NCBI GenBank assembly: GCA_964637875.1
Contig: CAZWXK010000008.1
Location: 4,222 to 68,221 of the forward strand
Length of the DNA stretch: 64,000 nucleotides
Direction of reading: 5' to 3'
From: an uncultured Rhodobacter sp.
GTDB taxonomy: Bacteria > Pseudomonadota > Alphaproteobacteria > Rhodobacterales > Rhodobacteraceae
In this document: piece after piece, positions 1 through 9,101 of the stretch
Layout: every line of letters begins with the position of its first letter
Numbering within the stretch: the stretch's first letter is position 1
Notes under the pieces: generated by a model
What the model was told of the DNA's origin: nothing
What the model saw: only the letters and a program-made list of their open reading frames with translations
The model's database searches: none
Made by a program: the position numbers and the translations under genes

Positions 1-1354
1 CGGCACACCGCTGGTAACCTGGAAAAAGATGGGCAAGGGCCGAGTGGTGCTGTTTCACGTCACCGCCAACGCCGAATGGTCGAATCTGCCGCTTTCGGGG
101 CTGTTCGTGCGCATGCTTGAGCGTCTGGCGATTTCAAGGCGGGCGTCAACGCCGACAGCCGCGGACATGGCCGGGCAGATGTGGCGGCCCGAGCGCGTGA
201 TGGACGCATTTGGAACCCTGCGCAAGGCAGACGATTTGCCGGCCGTTCCCGGCGAAGCCCTGGCCGAGGGAAGGGCCGGTCCCGACATCCTGCCGGGTAC
301 CTATCGCCTGGGACCCCGGCAATTCGCATTGAACGTGATCTCTCCCGGGCGCGCGCTGGCTGCTGCGCAATGGCCTGCCGGCGTTCGGGTCGTGGCGATG
401 CAAGGGGCCGCGCGGAAATCCCTCGAAGGGTGGTTCCTGGCGCTGGCGCTGTTGCTGCTGGTGCTGGATATACCGGCAACATTGCTGGTCGGTGGGCGTC
501 TTTCCGGGCCGCGCGGAACCATCGCCACCCTTTTTGTGCTGGTCTTTCTGTTGCCGACACCACCGGGGTTGGCGCAGGAATCCGGCAGCGACGCGGATGC
601 CCGCGCGGTCAGGGCAACGCGCGATACGGTGCTTGCCTATGTCCTGACAGGAGATGAGCGGATCGATGCCAAATCCGAAGCGGGGCTGTATGGCCTGTCG
701 CGCGTACTGGCGCGCCGGACTGCGGTCGAGCCGGCCGACCCGATCGGCGTTGACGTCGAAAATGACGAACTGGCCTTCTTTCCCCTGCTGTACTGGCCGG
801 TGAGCGAGACCTCGCCGCTGCCGTCGGATACGGCGGTGACGCGGATCAATACCTATTTGCAGACGGGCGGGATGATCGTTTTCGATACACAGGATGCCGA
901 TATCAGCGCCCTGGAGGGGGCAAGCCCGGCCGGCCGTCGTCTGCAACAGATCGCCGGCAGGCTGGACATTCCCGCGCTCGAGCCGGTTCCCTCGGATCAC
1001 GTTCTGACGCGCAGCTTCTATCTGTTGCAGTCCTTTCCGGGGCGGTTCTCGCAGGGGCAGGTATGGGTCGAGGCCGCCCCGCCCGATGCTGTCAAGCAGG
1101 AGGGCATGCCCTTTCGCAACCTCAATGACGGGGTTTCGCCCGTGGTGATAGGTGCGAATGACTGGGCCGCCGCCTGGGCCGTGGGGCGTGACGGGGGCTA
1201 TCTGTACCCGGTCGGACGCGGAGGATATGCAGGCGAGCGCCAGCGTGAGATGGCCTATCGTTTCGGAGTGAACCTGGTGATGTATGTGCTGACCGGCAAT
1301 TACAAGTCGGACCAGGTGCATGTGCCCGCGCTCCTGGAAAGGCTGGGGCAGTAG
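1..1354 (+). CDS. DUF4159/BatA-type membrane protein, C-terminal part (5' end lies outside the window)
   Basis: The reading frame is open from the window edge (codons from nt 2) into ORF 29..1354. It has an internal TM stretch (WFLALALLLLVLDIPATLLVGG) and the conserved C-terminal block NLVMYVLTGNYKSDQVHVP, typical of proteins that follow MoxR/DUF58 genes in alphaproteobacteria. Confidence 0.6.
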   Translation, partial: GTPLVTWKKMGKGRVVLFHVTANAEWSNLPLSGLFVRMLERLAISRRASTPTAADMAGQMWRPERVMDAFGTLRKADDLPAVPGEALAEGRAGPDILPGTYRLGPRQFALNVISPGRALAAAQWPAGVRVVAMQGAARKSLEGWFLALALLLLVLDIPATLLVGGRLSGPRGTIATLFVLVFLLPTPPGLAQESGSDADARAVRATRDTVLAYVLTGDERIDAKSEAGLYGLSRVLARRTAVEPADPIGVDVENDELAFFPLLYWPVSETSPLPSDTAVTRINTYLQTGGMIVFDTQDADISALEGASPAGRRLQQIAGRLDIPALEPVPSDHVLTRSFYLLQSFPGRFSQGQVWVEAAPPDAVKQEGMPFRNLNDGVSPVVIGANDWAAAWAVGRDGGYLYPVGRGGYAGERQREMAYRFGVNLVMYVLTGNYKSDQVHVPALLERLGQ

Positions 1355-1355
1355 G

Positions 1356-3449
1356 ATGGTTACCGATATCCAGTTTGCACCCCTTGTCCCCACGGCCCTG
1401 CTGGCCGTGATCGGGTTTGCCATGCTGGCCGCCCTTCTGGCCGCCCTGTGGCGCGGGCTGCCGGGGTGGTGGTTGCGTGCCCTGGCCGGCGTGGTTCTGC
1501 TGGTTGCTCTGGCCAACCCGGCCCTCAGGCAGGAACAGCGCCAGCCGTTGAGCGATATCGTCTTTGTCGTCGTGGATCAGAGCGCAAGCCAGCAGATTGC
1601 CGATCGCCCGGCCCAGATTGCCCGTGCCGTTGCCGCGCTGAAACAGAGACTGGGCAAGATCGACAATGTCGAAATTCGCACTGTTACCATTGGCGACGCT
1701 CCGGCCGGCAGCGATGCCGGTACCCTGGCCATGACCGCGCTGAGCCGCGCCATGGCCGAAGTGCCGCGCGGCCGGGTCGCGGGGGCGATCATCGTGACAG
1801 ACGGGCAGGTCCACGACATGGCGCTGGCCCCCGACATGCCCGCGCCTGTGAACGTGTTGCTGACCGGCAGGAAAAGCGATTGGGATCGACGCCTCGTCGT
1901 AACCAATGCCCCGGCATTTGCCATTCTGGGCGAACCCGTGACCCTGCGCCTGAAGATTCAGGACCAGGGCAGCGTTCCCGCGGGGGTTTCCGGTGAAACC
2001 CGTCTGGATATCGCGATCGACGGTGGCCCGGTGCAGAGTTTCCGCGTGCGCGTGGGCGAGCAGCTGGAACTGCCCTTGCGTCTTTCGCATGGTGGGCAGA
2101 ATGTCGTGCAGCTTTCGGTTCCACCCGTAAAAGGCGAGCTGACCAAGCGCAACAACGCGGCGGTGGTCGCGATAAACGGCGTGCGCGACCGTCTGCGCGT
2201 GCTGCTGGTCTCGGGCGAGCCCCATGCCGGCGAGCGGACGTGGCGCAACCTGCTCAAGTCGGACAGCTCGGTTGATCTGGTCCATTTCACCATCCTGCGC
2301 CCCCCAGGCAAACAGGATGGTGTGCCGGTAAACGAACTGTCCCTGATCGCCTTTCCGACGCGCGAGCTGTTTCTGGACAAGATCGACCAGTTCGACCTGA
2401 TCATTTTCGATCGTTACCGTTTGCGTGGTATATTGCCGCCCCTCTATTTGCAGAATGTCGTCCGCTATGTCGAACAGGGCGGCGCCGTTCTGGTGGCGGC
2501 GGGGCCGGCCTTTGCCGGGGTCGAAAGCATCTATCGCTCGCCGCTTGCGCGTATCCTGCCGGGGCGCCCGACGGCCCGGGTCTATGAAAAGGGCTTTGTG
2601 CCGCGCCTGTCCGCGCTGGGCAGGCGGCACCCGGTGACGCAGGGGCTGGCCGCATTTGCGCCGCGCAGCCCATCCAGCGACGGCACGCCCGGCTGGGGCC
2701 GGTGGTTCCGCATGATCGATATCGAGCGCCGCTCGGGGCAGGTGGTGATGACCGGCCCTGATGACAAGCCGCTATTGATCCTTGATCGGGTTGGCAAGGG
2801 GCGTGTGGCGTTGCTGGCCTCGGATCAGTCATGGTTGTGGAGCCGGGGCTATGAAGGAGGTGGGCCGCAACTGGAACTCCTCCGTCGTCTGGCTCACTGG
2901 ATGATGAAGGAGCCCGAGCTGGAAGAGGAATCCCTCAGTGCCGCGGCGAGGGGGCGCAATGTGACGATTCTGCGCCGCTCGATGTCGGACGCGCCGCATG
3001 AATTGCAGATTACCGGCCCTGATGGCACCACCAAGGATGCGCCCATGCGCAAGGTCGGGCCCGGCCGCTATGAATACCGCTTTGTCGGCGGTGAGGATGG
3101 CCTGTACCGGATCAGGGACGAAGCCCCGGGCCTGGCCCCACGAAAGACCGTTATCGCGCTGGGGCCAGCCGCGCCACGCGAATTCGAGGATCCGATTTCG
3201 ACGCCCACGCGCCTGGCCCCCTGGGTGCGGGCGACGCGTGGTGGCGTATTGCGTCTGTCGGACGGTCTGCCGTCAATTCGGCTGGTGCGCAACGGGCGGG
3301 TTGCCGCCGGGCGGGGCTGGATCGGGATTGCACCGCGTGGTGCGCATGTGACCACCGATATCCGTCTGGTGCCCCTGGTTGCGCCATTCTGGTTTTTGCT
3401 GGCTGCGTCAATGTTGATCCTGCTTGCATGGCGCCGCGAGGGGAAATGA
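1356..3449 (+). CDS. Large membrane protein (vWA-like / glutamine-amidotransferase-like fold), partner of the upstream DUF4159 gene
   Basis: The ATG at 1356 lies 1 nt after the upstream stop and is in frame with ORF 1320..3449. It has N-terminal TM helices, the DIVFVVVDQS motif and a C-terminal TM helix (APFWFLLAASMLILLAW). Confidence 0.55.
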   Translation: MVTDIQFAPLVPTALLAVIGFAMLAALLAALWRGLPGWWLRALAGVVLLVALANPALRQEQRQPLSDIVFVVVDQSASQQIADRPAQIARAVAALKQRLGKIDNVEIRTVTIGDAPAGSDAGTLAMTALSRAMAEVPRGRVAGAIIVTDGQVHDMALAPDMPAPVNVLLTGRKSDWDRRLVVTNAPAFAILGEPVTLRLKIQDQGSVPAGVSGETRLDIAIDGGPVQSFRVRVGEQLELPLRLSHGGQNVVQLSVPPVKGELTKRNNAAVVAINGVRDRLRVLLVSGEPHAGERTWRNLLKSDSSVDLVHFTILRPPGKQDGVPVNELSLIAFPTRELFLDKIDQFDLIIFDRYRLRGILPPLYLQNVVRYVEQGGAVLVAAGPAFAGVESIYRSPLARILPGRPTARVYEKGFVPRLSALGRRHPVTQGLAAFAPRSPSSDGTPGWGRWFRMIDIERRSGQVVMTGPDDKPLLILDRVGKGRVALLASDQSWLWSRGYEGGGPQLELLRRLAHWMMKEPELEEESLSAAARGRNVTILRRSMSDAPHELQITGPDGTTKDAPMRKVGPGRYEYRFVGGEDGLYRIRDEAPGLAPRKTVIALGPAAPREFEDPISTPTRLAPWVRATRGGVLRLSDGLPSIRLVRNGRVAAGRGWIGIAPRGAHVTTDIRLVPLVAPFWFLLAASMLILLAWRREGK

Positions 3450-3530
3450 CCCTGTTTTCACGCGTGGCACGCCACGCGACGGCAGGGGCTGCGCGTGGCG
3501 TGAACTGGACTTGGCCGCGGATATGGGGTA

Positions 3531-3553
3531 ATTGGTAAATATAATTTACCAAT
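3531..3553. promoter_or_regulatory. Perfect 23-bp palindrome ATTGGTAAAT-ATA-ATTTACCAAT, candidate GntR/FadR-type operator of glcDEF
   Basis: Read directly from the sequence: 10-bp arms are exact reverse complements. It is AT-rich in a GC-rich genome and ends 27 nt upstream of the glcD ATG. The ATTGGT...ACCAAT half-sites resemble PdhR/LldR/GlcC-type boxes. Confidence 0.5.
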
Positions 3554-3579
3554 CATGGCCGATTCCGGGAGGCCCCGCC

Positions 3580-5028
3580 ATGCAGATGCCCACACCCGAT
3601 CAGACGATCCTGTCGCGCAAGGATCATATCGTTCGCCGTCTGAGAACGGTTCTCCCCGACGATGCGGTGATTGACGCCCCCGAGGAAACCCGCGCCTATG
3701 AATGTGACGCGCTGTCGGCCTATCGCTGTCCGCCGCTGGCCGTGGTGCTGCCTGCCAGCACCGAAGAGGTGGCGGCAGCCCTGAAGATCTGCCACGACGA
3801 GGGCGTGCCGGTGGTGCCGCGCGGCTCTGGCACTTCGCTGGCCGGGGGGGCGCTGCCGACCGAAGACAGCATCATCCTTGGTGTCGCGCGGCTCAACCGG
3901 GTGCTGGAAACCGATTATGACAACCGTTTCATTCGCGTGCAAAGCGGGCTGACCAACCTTTCGGTCACTGGCGCGGTCGAGGATGAGGGGTTTTTCTACG
4001 CCCCCGATCCCTCGAGCCAGCTGGCCTGTGCCATTGCCGGCAATATCGCCATGAATTCGGGCGGCGCGCATTGTCTGAAATACGGCGTGACCACCAACAA
4101 CCTGATGGGCGTGAAGATGGTGTTGATGGATGGCAGCATCATTGATCTTGGTGGTCCCTGTGCCGACATGGCCGGGCTCGATCTGCTGGGGTTGATCTGC
4201 GGGTCCGAAGGGCAGCTGGGTGTCGTGACCGAGGCAACCCTGCGCATCCTGCACAAGCCCGAAGGCGCGCGCCCGGTGATGATGGGTTTTGACAGTAACG
4301 AAGAGGCCGGCGCCTGTGTTTCCGACATCATCAAGGCGGGTATTCTGCCGGTTGCGATCGAGTTCATGGATCGCCCTGTCATTCGCGCGACAGAAAATTT
4401 TGTCGGCGCGGGATACCCGGATGTCGAGGCCCTGCTGATCGTCGAGGTCGAGGGCTCGGAGGCGGAAATCGCCCAGCAACTGGCGCGGATCATCGAGATC
4501 GGCCAGCGCCATAACCCGGTCGAGACCCGCGAAAGCGGCAGCGCCGAGGAATCGGCCCGCATCTGGGCCGGGCGCAAGGCAGCGTTCGGGGCCATGGGGC
4601 AGATCAACGACTATATGTGTCTGGACGGCACGATCCCGGTTTCGCGGCTGCCTTTCGTTTTGAGGCGCATTGGCGAGCTGTCGGGCGAATACGGGCTGGG
4701 TGTCGGCAACGTGTTTCACGCGGGCGACGGCAACATGCACCCGTTGATCCTGTATGACGCCAACAAGCCCGGCGATCTGGAAAAGGCCGAATCCATGGGG
4801 GCCGATATCCTGAAACTGTGTGTCGAGGTGGGCGGTTGCCTGACCGGTGAACATGGCGTTGGCGTTGAAAAGCGCGAGTTGATGGATGCGCAATACAATG
4901 CCGATGATCTGGATGCGCAGATGGCGGTCAAGGACGTGTTCGACCCGGCCTGGTTGTTGAACCCGGCCAAGGTGTTCCCGTTGGCGGCAACAGCACAGCG
5001 GCGCGCGCGGCCCATGGCGGCAGAGTAG
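3580..5028 (+). CDS. glcD: Glycolate oxidase subunit GlcD (FAD-linked oxidase)
   Basis: ATG at 3580 with GGGAGG upstream. It has a PCMH-type FAD-binding region (VVPRGSGTSLAGGALP). Gene order is glcD-glcE-glcF. Confidence 0.9.
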   Translation: MQMPTPDQTILSRKDHIVRRLRTVLPDDAVIDAPEETRAYECDALSAYRCPPLAVVLPASTEEVAAALKICHDEGVPVVPRGSGTSLAGGALPTEDSIILGVARLNRVLETDYDNRFIRVQSGLTNLSVTGAVEDEGFFYAPDPSSQLACAIAGNIAMNSGGAHCLKYGVTTNNLMGVKMVLMDGSIIDLGGPCADMAGLDLLGLICGSEGQLGVVTEATLRILHKPEGARPVMMGFDSNEEAGACVSDIIKAGILPVAIEFMDRPVIRATENFVGAGYPDVEALLIVEVEGSEAEIAQQLARIIEIGQRHNPVETRESGSAEESARIWAGRKAAFGAMGQINDYMCLDGTIPVSRLPFVLRRIGELSGEYGLGVGNVFHAGDGNMHPLILYDANKPGDLEKAESMGADILKLCVEVGGCLTGEHGVGVEKRELMDAQYNADDLDAQMAVKDVFDPAWLLNPAKVFPLAATAQRRARPMAAE

Positions 5029-5088
5029 GGGGCGCTGCCCCCGTCGCGGGGGCGCGACTCCCCCGGACGTATTTGGACAAAGAAGAAG
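5029..5088 (+). repeat. Intergenic repeat element, copy 1 (GC hairpins plus GTATTTGGACAAAGAAGAAG tail)
   Basis: It fills the whole glcD-glcE spacer. The tail matches copies at 44925-44944 and 62740-62759. Hairpins GGGGGC-gct-GCCCCC and GTCGCG-gggg-CGCGAC are visible. Confidence 0.7.
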
Positions 5089-6207
5089 ATGATGGTGACA
5101 AGCGAAAGCGAACTGGCCGAGGCAATTGCCGGGGCACAGGGCCCGCTGCAGGTGGTGGGTGGTGGTACACGCTTGCCGGTCTCGGGCGAGGTGTTGCGGG
5201 TCGGGATTTCAGGCGTGAAACTGTATGAGCCGGGCGCTCTGACGCTGGTGGTCGGGGCGGGAACGCCGCTTGCCGAGGTCGAGGATCTGCTGGCCGCCGA
5301 AGGCCAGCGTCTGGCATTCGAGCCGATGGACTGCCGCCCCGTCATGGGCCGGGACGGAGAGCCAACGATTGGCGGGGTCGTTGCAGCCAATATCTCGGGG
5401 CCGCGCCGGGTGCAGGCGGGGGCCTGCCGCGATTTCCTGCTGGGGGTGCGGTTTGTCGATGGGCAGGGGCGCGTCATCAAGAGCGGCGGGCGCGTGATGA
5501 AGAACGTCACCGGCTATGATCTGGTCAAGCTGATGGCCGGCAGCTGGGGCACGCTGGGGGTGTTGAGCGAGGTTTCCCTGAAGGTTCTGCCTGCAGCCGA
5601 GGCGGTGGCCACGGTGGTTGTGCATGGGCTGGAAGATGCCGCGGCGGTCAAGGCGCTGAGCAGGGCGCTGGGCTCGGCCTATGACGTGTCGGGGGCCGCG
5701 CATATCGGGGAGGGGGACGACGCGCGCACCCTGGTGCGGGTCGAGGGTTTTGCCGATTCGGTGGCATATCGTGCCGGGCGTTTGCGCGAATTGCTGGGCG
5801 GGTTCGGTGAGATCAGCGTCGAGGATGACGCCGTACGCAATGCCGTCTTGTGGAAACGGATCCGCGATGTCGAGGATTTCGCAGGGCGCGCGGGGGATGT
5901 CTGGCGCTTGTCGCTCAAGCCTTCGGATGGGCCGGTTGCCGCCGCAGCTCTGCGCGCGGCTTTCGGGGCCGAGGTGATCCATGACTGGGGTGGCGGGCTG
6001 GTCTGGGTGCTGGTGCCCGAGGGTGCGGATCTGCGTGCAGCCATGGGCGATCTGCCGGGGCATGCGCGGATCATTCGGGCAAGCGCAGATACGGTTGCGC
6101 GCCTTGGCCGGTTCCATCCGCGCCCCGCGCCGGTGGCAAGGCTTGAGGCCGGGATGAAGGAAAGATACGACCCGAGGGGTATCTTGAACCCAGGGCTGAT
6201 GGGGTAG
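5089..6207 (+). CDS. glcE: Glycolate oxidase FAD-binding subunit GlcE
   Basis: 372-aa PCMH-type FAD-binding protein lying between glcD and glcF. Confidence 0.85.
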   Translation: MMVTSESELAEAIAGAQGPLQVVGGGTRLPVSGEVLRVGISGVKLYEPGALTLVVGAGTPLAEVEDLLAAEGQRLAFEPMDCRPVMGRDGEPTIGGVVAANISGPRRVQAGACRDFLLGVRFVDGQGRVIKSGGRVMKNVTGYDLVKLMAGSWGTLGVLSEVSLKVLPAAEAVATVVVHGLEDAAAVKALSRALGSAYDVSGAAHIGEGDDARTLVRVEGFADSVAYRAGRLRELLGGFGEISVEDDAVRNAVLWKRIRDVEDFAGRAGDVWRLSLKPSDGPVAAAALRAAFGAEVIHDWGGGLVWVLVPEGADLRAAMGDLPGHARIIRASADTVARLGRFHPRPAPVARLEAGMKERYDPRGILNPGLMG

Positions 6208-6213
6208 CCAAGC

Positions 6214-7506
6214 ATGCAGACGAATTTTTCACCCGAACAGCTGCGCGACCCGGGAATCAAGGTTGCCAACGACATCTTGCGCACATGTGTGCACTGCGGT
6301 TTCTGCACCGCGACCTGCCCCACCTATCAGGTGCTCGGCGACGAGTTGGACAGCCCCCGCGGGCGGATCTACCTGATCAAGGACATGCTGGAAAACGACC
6401 GTCCCGCAGATGAGCGCACGGTCAAGCATATCGATCGTTGTCTGTCCTGCCTTTCCTGCATGAGCACCTGCCCGTCGGGCGTACATTACATGCATCTGGT
6501 GGATCTGGCGCGCGAACATATCGACAAGACCTACAAGCGACCGCTGATGGATCGTGTGATCCGCTGGATGCTGGCGCGCATCCTGCCCTATCCGGGGCGA
6601 TTCCGGCTGGCCATTCTGGGGGCGTGGATGGGGCGGCCCTTCCGGCGGCTTTTGCCGGGCAAGCTGCGGGCGATGATGGATTTCGCCCCTGACAGTTTGC
6701 CGCCGGTCAGCCGCAATGACGACCCCCAGGTGTTTCCGGCGATCGGGCCGCGCAAGCGCCGGGTCGCGCTGATGACCGGCTGCGCGCAGCGGGCGTTGAA
6801 TACCGATATCAATGACGCGACTATCCGCATCCTGCGGCGCCACGGATGCGAGGTGGTGATTGCCCGCGGCATGGGGTGTTGCGGGGCACTGACACATCAT
6901 ATGGGCAAGACCGATGAAAGCCATGCCTCGGCCGCGCGCAATATCAGGGCGTGGATGCGTGAATATCGGGCCGAGGGGCTGGATGCCATCGTCATCAATA
7001 CTTCGGGCTGTGGCACCACGGTCAAGGATTACGGATTCATGTTCCGCGACGATCCGCTGGCCGAGGATGCCGCGAAAGTGTCGGAACTGGCCTGCGACAT
7101 ATCCGAACTGCTGATGGAACTGGACCTGCCCGAGGGTGGGGCCGAACCGCTGCGGGTTGCCTATCACGCGGCCTGTTCGCTGCAGCACGGCCAGCAGATC
7201 AAGACCCATCCCAAGATCTTGCTGAAGCGGGCCGGCTTTCAGGTGGTCGAGCCGCGCGATCCCCATCTGTGCTGTGGCTCGGCCGGGACCTACAACCTGT
7301 TGCAGCCCGAAATCGCGGGTGAGCTGAAAAAACGCAAGCTCAGAACCCTGGCCGAGGTTCGGCCGCAGGTGATTGCAGCGGGCAATATCGGCTGCATGAT
7401 CCAGATAGGTTCAGGCGCAGATGTGCCGGTCGTGCATACGGTCGAACTGCTCGACTGGGCTACGGGCGGGCCGCTGCCCCGGGTATTGTCAACGGCTGGT
7501 GGCTGA
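6214..7506 (+). CDS. glcF: Glycolate oxidase iron-sulfur subunit GlcF
   Basis: It has two ferredoxin-type motifs (CVHCGFCTATCP and CLSCLSCMSTCP) plus Cys-rich CCG-type C-terminal halves. Confidence 0.9.
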   Translation: MQTNFSPEQLRDPGIKVANDILRTCVHCGFCTATCPTYQVLGDELDSPRGRIYLIKDMLENDRPADERTVKHIDRCLSCLSCMSTCPSGVHYMHLVDLAREHIDKTYKRPLMDRVIRWMLARILPYPGRFRLAILGAWMGRPFRRLLPGKLRAMMDFAPDSLPPVSRNDDPQVFPAIGPRKRRVALMTGCAQRALNTDINDATIRILRRHGCEVVIARGMGCCGALTHHMGKTDESHASAARNIRAWMREYRAEGLDAIVINTSGCGTTVKDYGFMFRDDPLAEDAAKVSELACDISELLMELDLPEGGAEPLRVAYHAACSLQHGQQIKTHPKILLKRAGFQVVEPRDPHLCCGSAGTYNLLQPEIAGELKKRKLRTLAEVRPQVIAAGNIGCMIQIGSGADVPVVHTVELLDWATGGPLPRVLSTAGG

Positions 7507-7623
7507 TCCGGGCGTCTTTCCGAAAATTGCCATGAGGTTTTCAAACAATCCCACAATGAGGCCATAGTTCGGCCGCAAGAATCCCTATGGTCATATGTGG
7601 GGGCGCGTAGACGGGAACGCGCA

Positions 7624-8412
7624 ATGAGAAAATTCTTGCTGCTTGTGCTGGCGATATGGCTGGCTGCAACCGGGGCGACTGTCGCCAGGGACATCAGACC
7701 GGCGATATCGCTTGTATCAGGCGAAAATGCCCGCGCATGGGAGGCGGTGGGCAGAGTCAACATGATCGGTACGGGGTTTTGTACCGGCGCATTGATTCGC
7801 CCCAATCTGGTGCTGACTGCGGCCCACTGCATGTATGACAAGCGGACCGGCAAGCGGATCGCCACGAACAGGATCGAATTTCTCGCCGGCTGGCGCCAGG
7901 GGCGTGCCGTTGCCGTGCGCCAGGCCCGTCGCGTCATCATTCACGAGGGTTACAGATACAACAGCACCCGCAAATTGCAGCGTGTCGCGACCGATATCGC
8001 CTTGATTGAGCTGGACAAACCCATTCGCAACAGCCGTGTGATGCCCTTTGGCTGGGCACGGTCGCCGCGTGTCGGACAGAAGGTCGAGGTCGTCAGTTAT
8101 TCCAGTACCCATCCGCAGATTCCGGCATTGCAGGATTCCTGCCGCGTACTGGGGCGCGATCCGGGTGTGCTGGTGCTGTCATGCCAGGTGACCTTCGGGG
8201 CTTCGGGCTCGCCGATATTCGTGGTCGACAAGGGTGTGCCGCGTATCGCCTCGATCATCTCGGCCAAGGCGGAATGGCGCAATCGTGCCGTGGCACTGGG
8301 CACTTCGCTGGGCCGGCCGCTGGAATCCCTGATCGCGACGATGGAGGGCGGCGATGGCGTGTTCTCGCGCATTCAACCCGTCAGTTCGCGGGTTGGCGCC
8401 CCAGGTCAGTGA
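7624..8412 (+). CDS. Secreted trypsin-like (S1 family) serine protease
   Basis: Signal peptide MRKFLLLVLAIWLAATGATVA. Catalytic His in LTAAHC, Asp in DIALIEL and Ser in GASGSPIF. Confidence 0.8.
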   Translation: MRKFLLLVLAIWLAATGATVARDIRPAISLVSGENARAWEAVGRVNMIGTGFCTGALIRPNLVLTAAHCMYDKRTGKRIATNRIEFLAGWRQGRAVAVRQARRVIIHEGYRYNSTRKLQRVATDIALIELDKPIRNSRVMPFGWARSPRVGQKVEVVSYSSTHPQIPALQDSCRVLGRDPGVLVLSCQVTFGASGSPIFVVDKGVPRIASIISAKAEWRNRAVALGTSLGRPLESLIATMEGGDGVFSRIQPVSSRVGAPGQ

Positions 8413-8415
8413 CCT

Positions 8416-8443
8416 CTTGAACAGCGAAAATTCCGCCCCATAT
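8416..8443 (+). promoter_or_regulatory. Sigma-32 (RpoH)-type heat-shock promoter of the small HSP gene
   Basis: CTTGAA (8416-8421), a 14-nt spacer, then CCCCATAT (8436-8443). This matches the CTTGAA-N13-14-CCCCATnT consensus. It lies about 100 nt upstream of the hsp20 ATG. Confidence 0.65.
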
Positions 8444-8543
8444 TTCTGTTGCCGGGTGCCTCGATCGGGCCCGGTGACGGGAGTCAATGGCCTGTCCCCA
8501 AGGGAGGGCCGCAAGGGAACATCGCTCAAAGGAGGATGCGACA

Positions 8544-9023
8544 ATGAGAAGCTTTGATTTCACGCCGCTTTACCGGTCGACCGTGGGTTTTGACCACTTT
8601 GCCGATCTGATCGATCGCGCCTTTTCCGGCGATCTGGGTCAGAACAGCTATCCGCCTTACAACATCGAGAAAACCGCAGAAGATGCCTATCGCATCTCGA
8701 TTGCCGTGGCCGGGTTCACCGAAGATGACCTGACGGTAGAAGTGCGCGACAACCAGCTGCTGATCTCGGCCCACAAGGCAGATGACGGCGAAGAGGAAAA
8801 GAAAACCTACCTGCACCGGGGTATCGCCCAACGGTCGTTCGAGAAACGGTTCCAACTGGCCGACCATGTGGTTGTGACCGGCGCGACCATCGAGAACGGC
8901 ATGCTGTATGTTGACCTCGTGCGCGAGATTCCCGAGGCGCTGAAACCGCGGCGCATCGAGATCACCTCGCCGAAAACCATCGAGGGCAAGACCGGGAAAA
9001 AGGCAGTATCAAAGGCGGCCTGA
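8544..9023 (+). CDS. ibpA: Hsp20/alpha-crystallin family small heat-shock protein (IbpA-like)
   Basis: ATG at 8544 with AAAGGAGG 8 nt upstream. The N-terminus MRSFDFTPLYRSTVGFD and the core YPPYNIEK...YRISIAVAGF are typical of IbpA. Confidence 0.85.
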   Translation: MRSFDFTPLYRSTVGFDHFADLIDRAFSGDLGQNSYPPYNIEKTAEDAYRISIAVAGFTEDDLTVEVRDNQLLISAHKADDGEEEKKTYLHRGIAQRSFEKRFQLADHVVVTGATIENGMLYVDLVREIPEALKPRRIEITSPKTIEGKTGKKAVSKAA

Positions 9024-9057
9024 GTGCCTTTGATACGCGTCCCGTTTCATTGCGCGG

Positions 9058-9084
9058 CCCGGGCCGGATGGCCCGGGTTCGTTG
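9058..9084. terminator. Hairpin terminator between convergent ibpA and gabD
   Basis: CCCGGGCC-ggat-GGCCCGGG followed by TTCGTTGTG, sitting between two convergent stop codons. Confidence 0.55.
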
Positions 9085-9101
9085 TGGGGTCCAGCTGGGA
9101 C

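Noticed and set aside
3461-3478. A CGCGTGGC-ac-GCCACGCG hairpin after the upstream membrane gene as a terminator
   Set aside because: The T-run precedes rather than follows the stem on the + strand, and the loop is very tight. I cannot support it as a terminator.
8444-8543. A ROSE-type RNA thermometer in the hsp20 leader
   Set aside because: No U(U/C)GCU-type anti-SD segment positioned to pair with the AAAGGAGG was found. The only hairpin leaves the SD unpaired. I kept it only as something to test.
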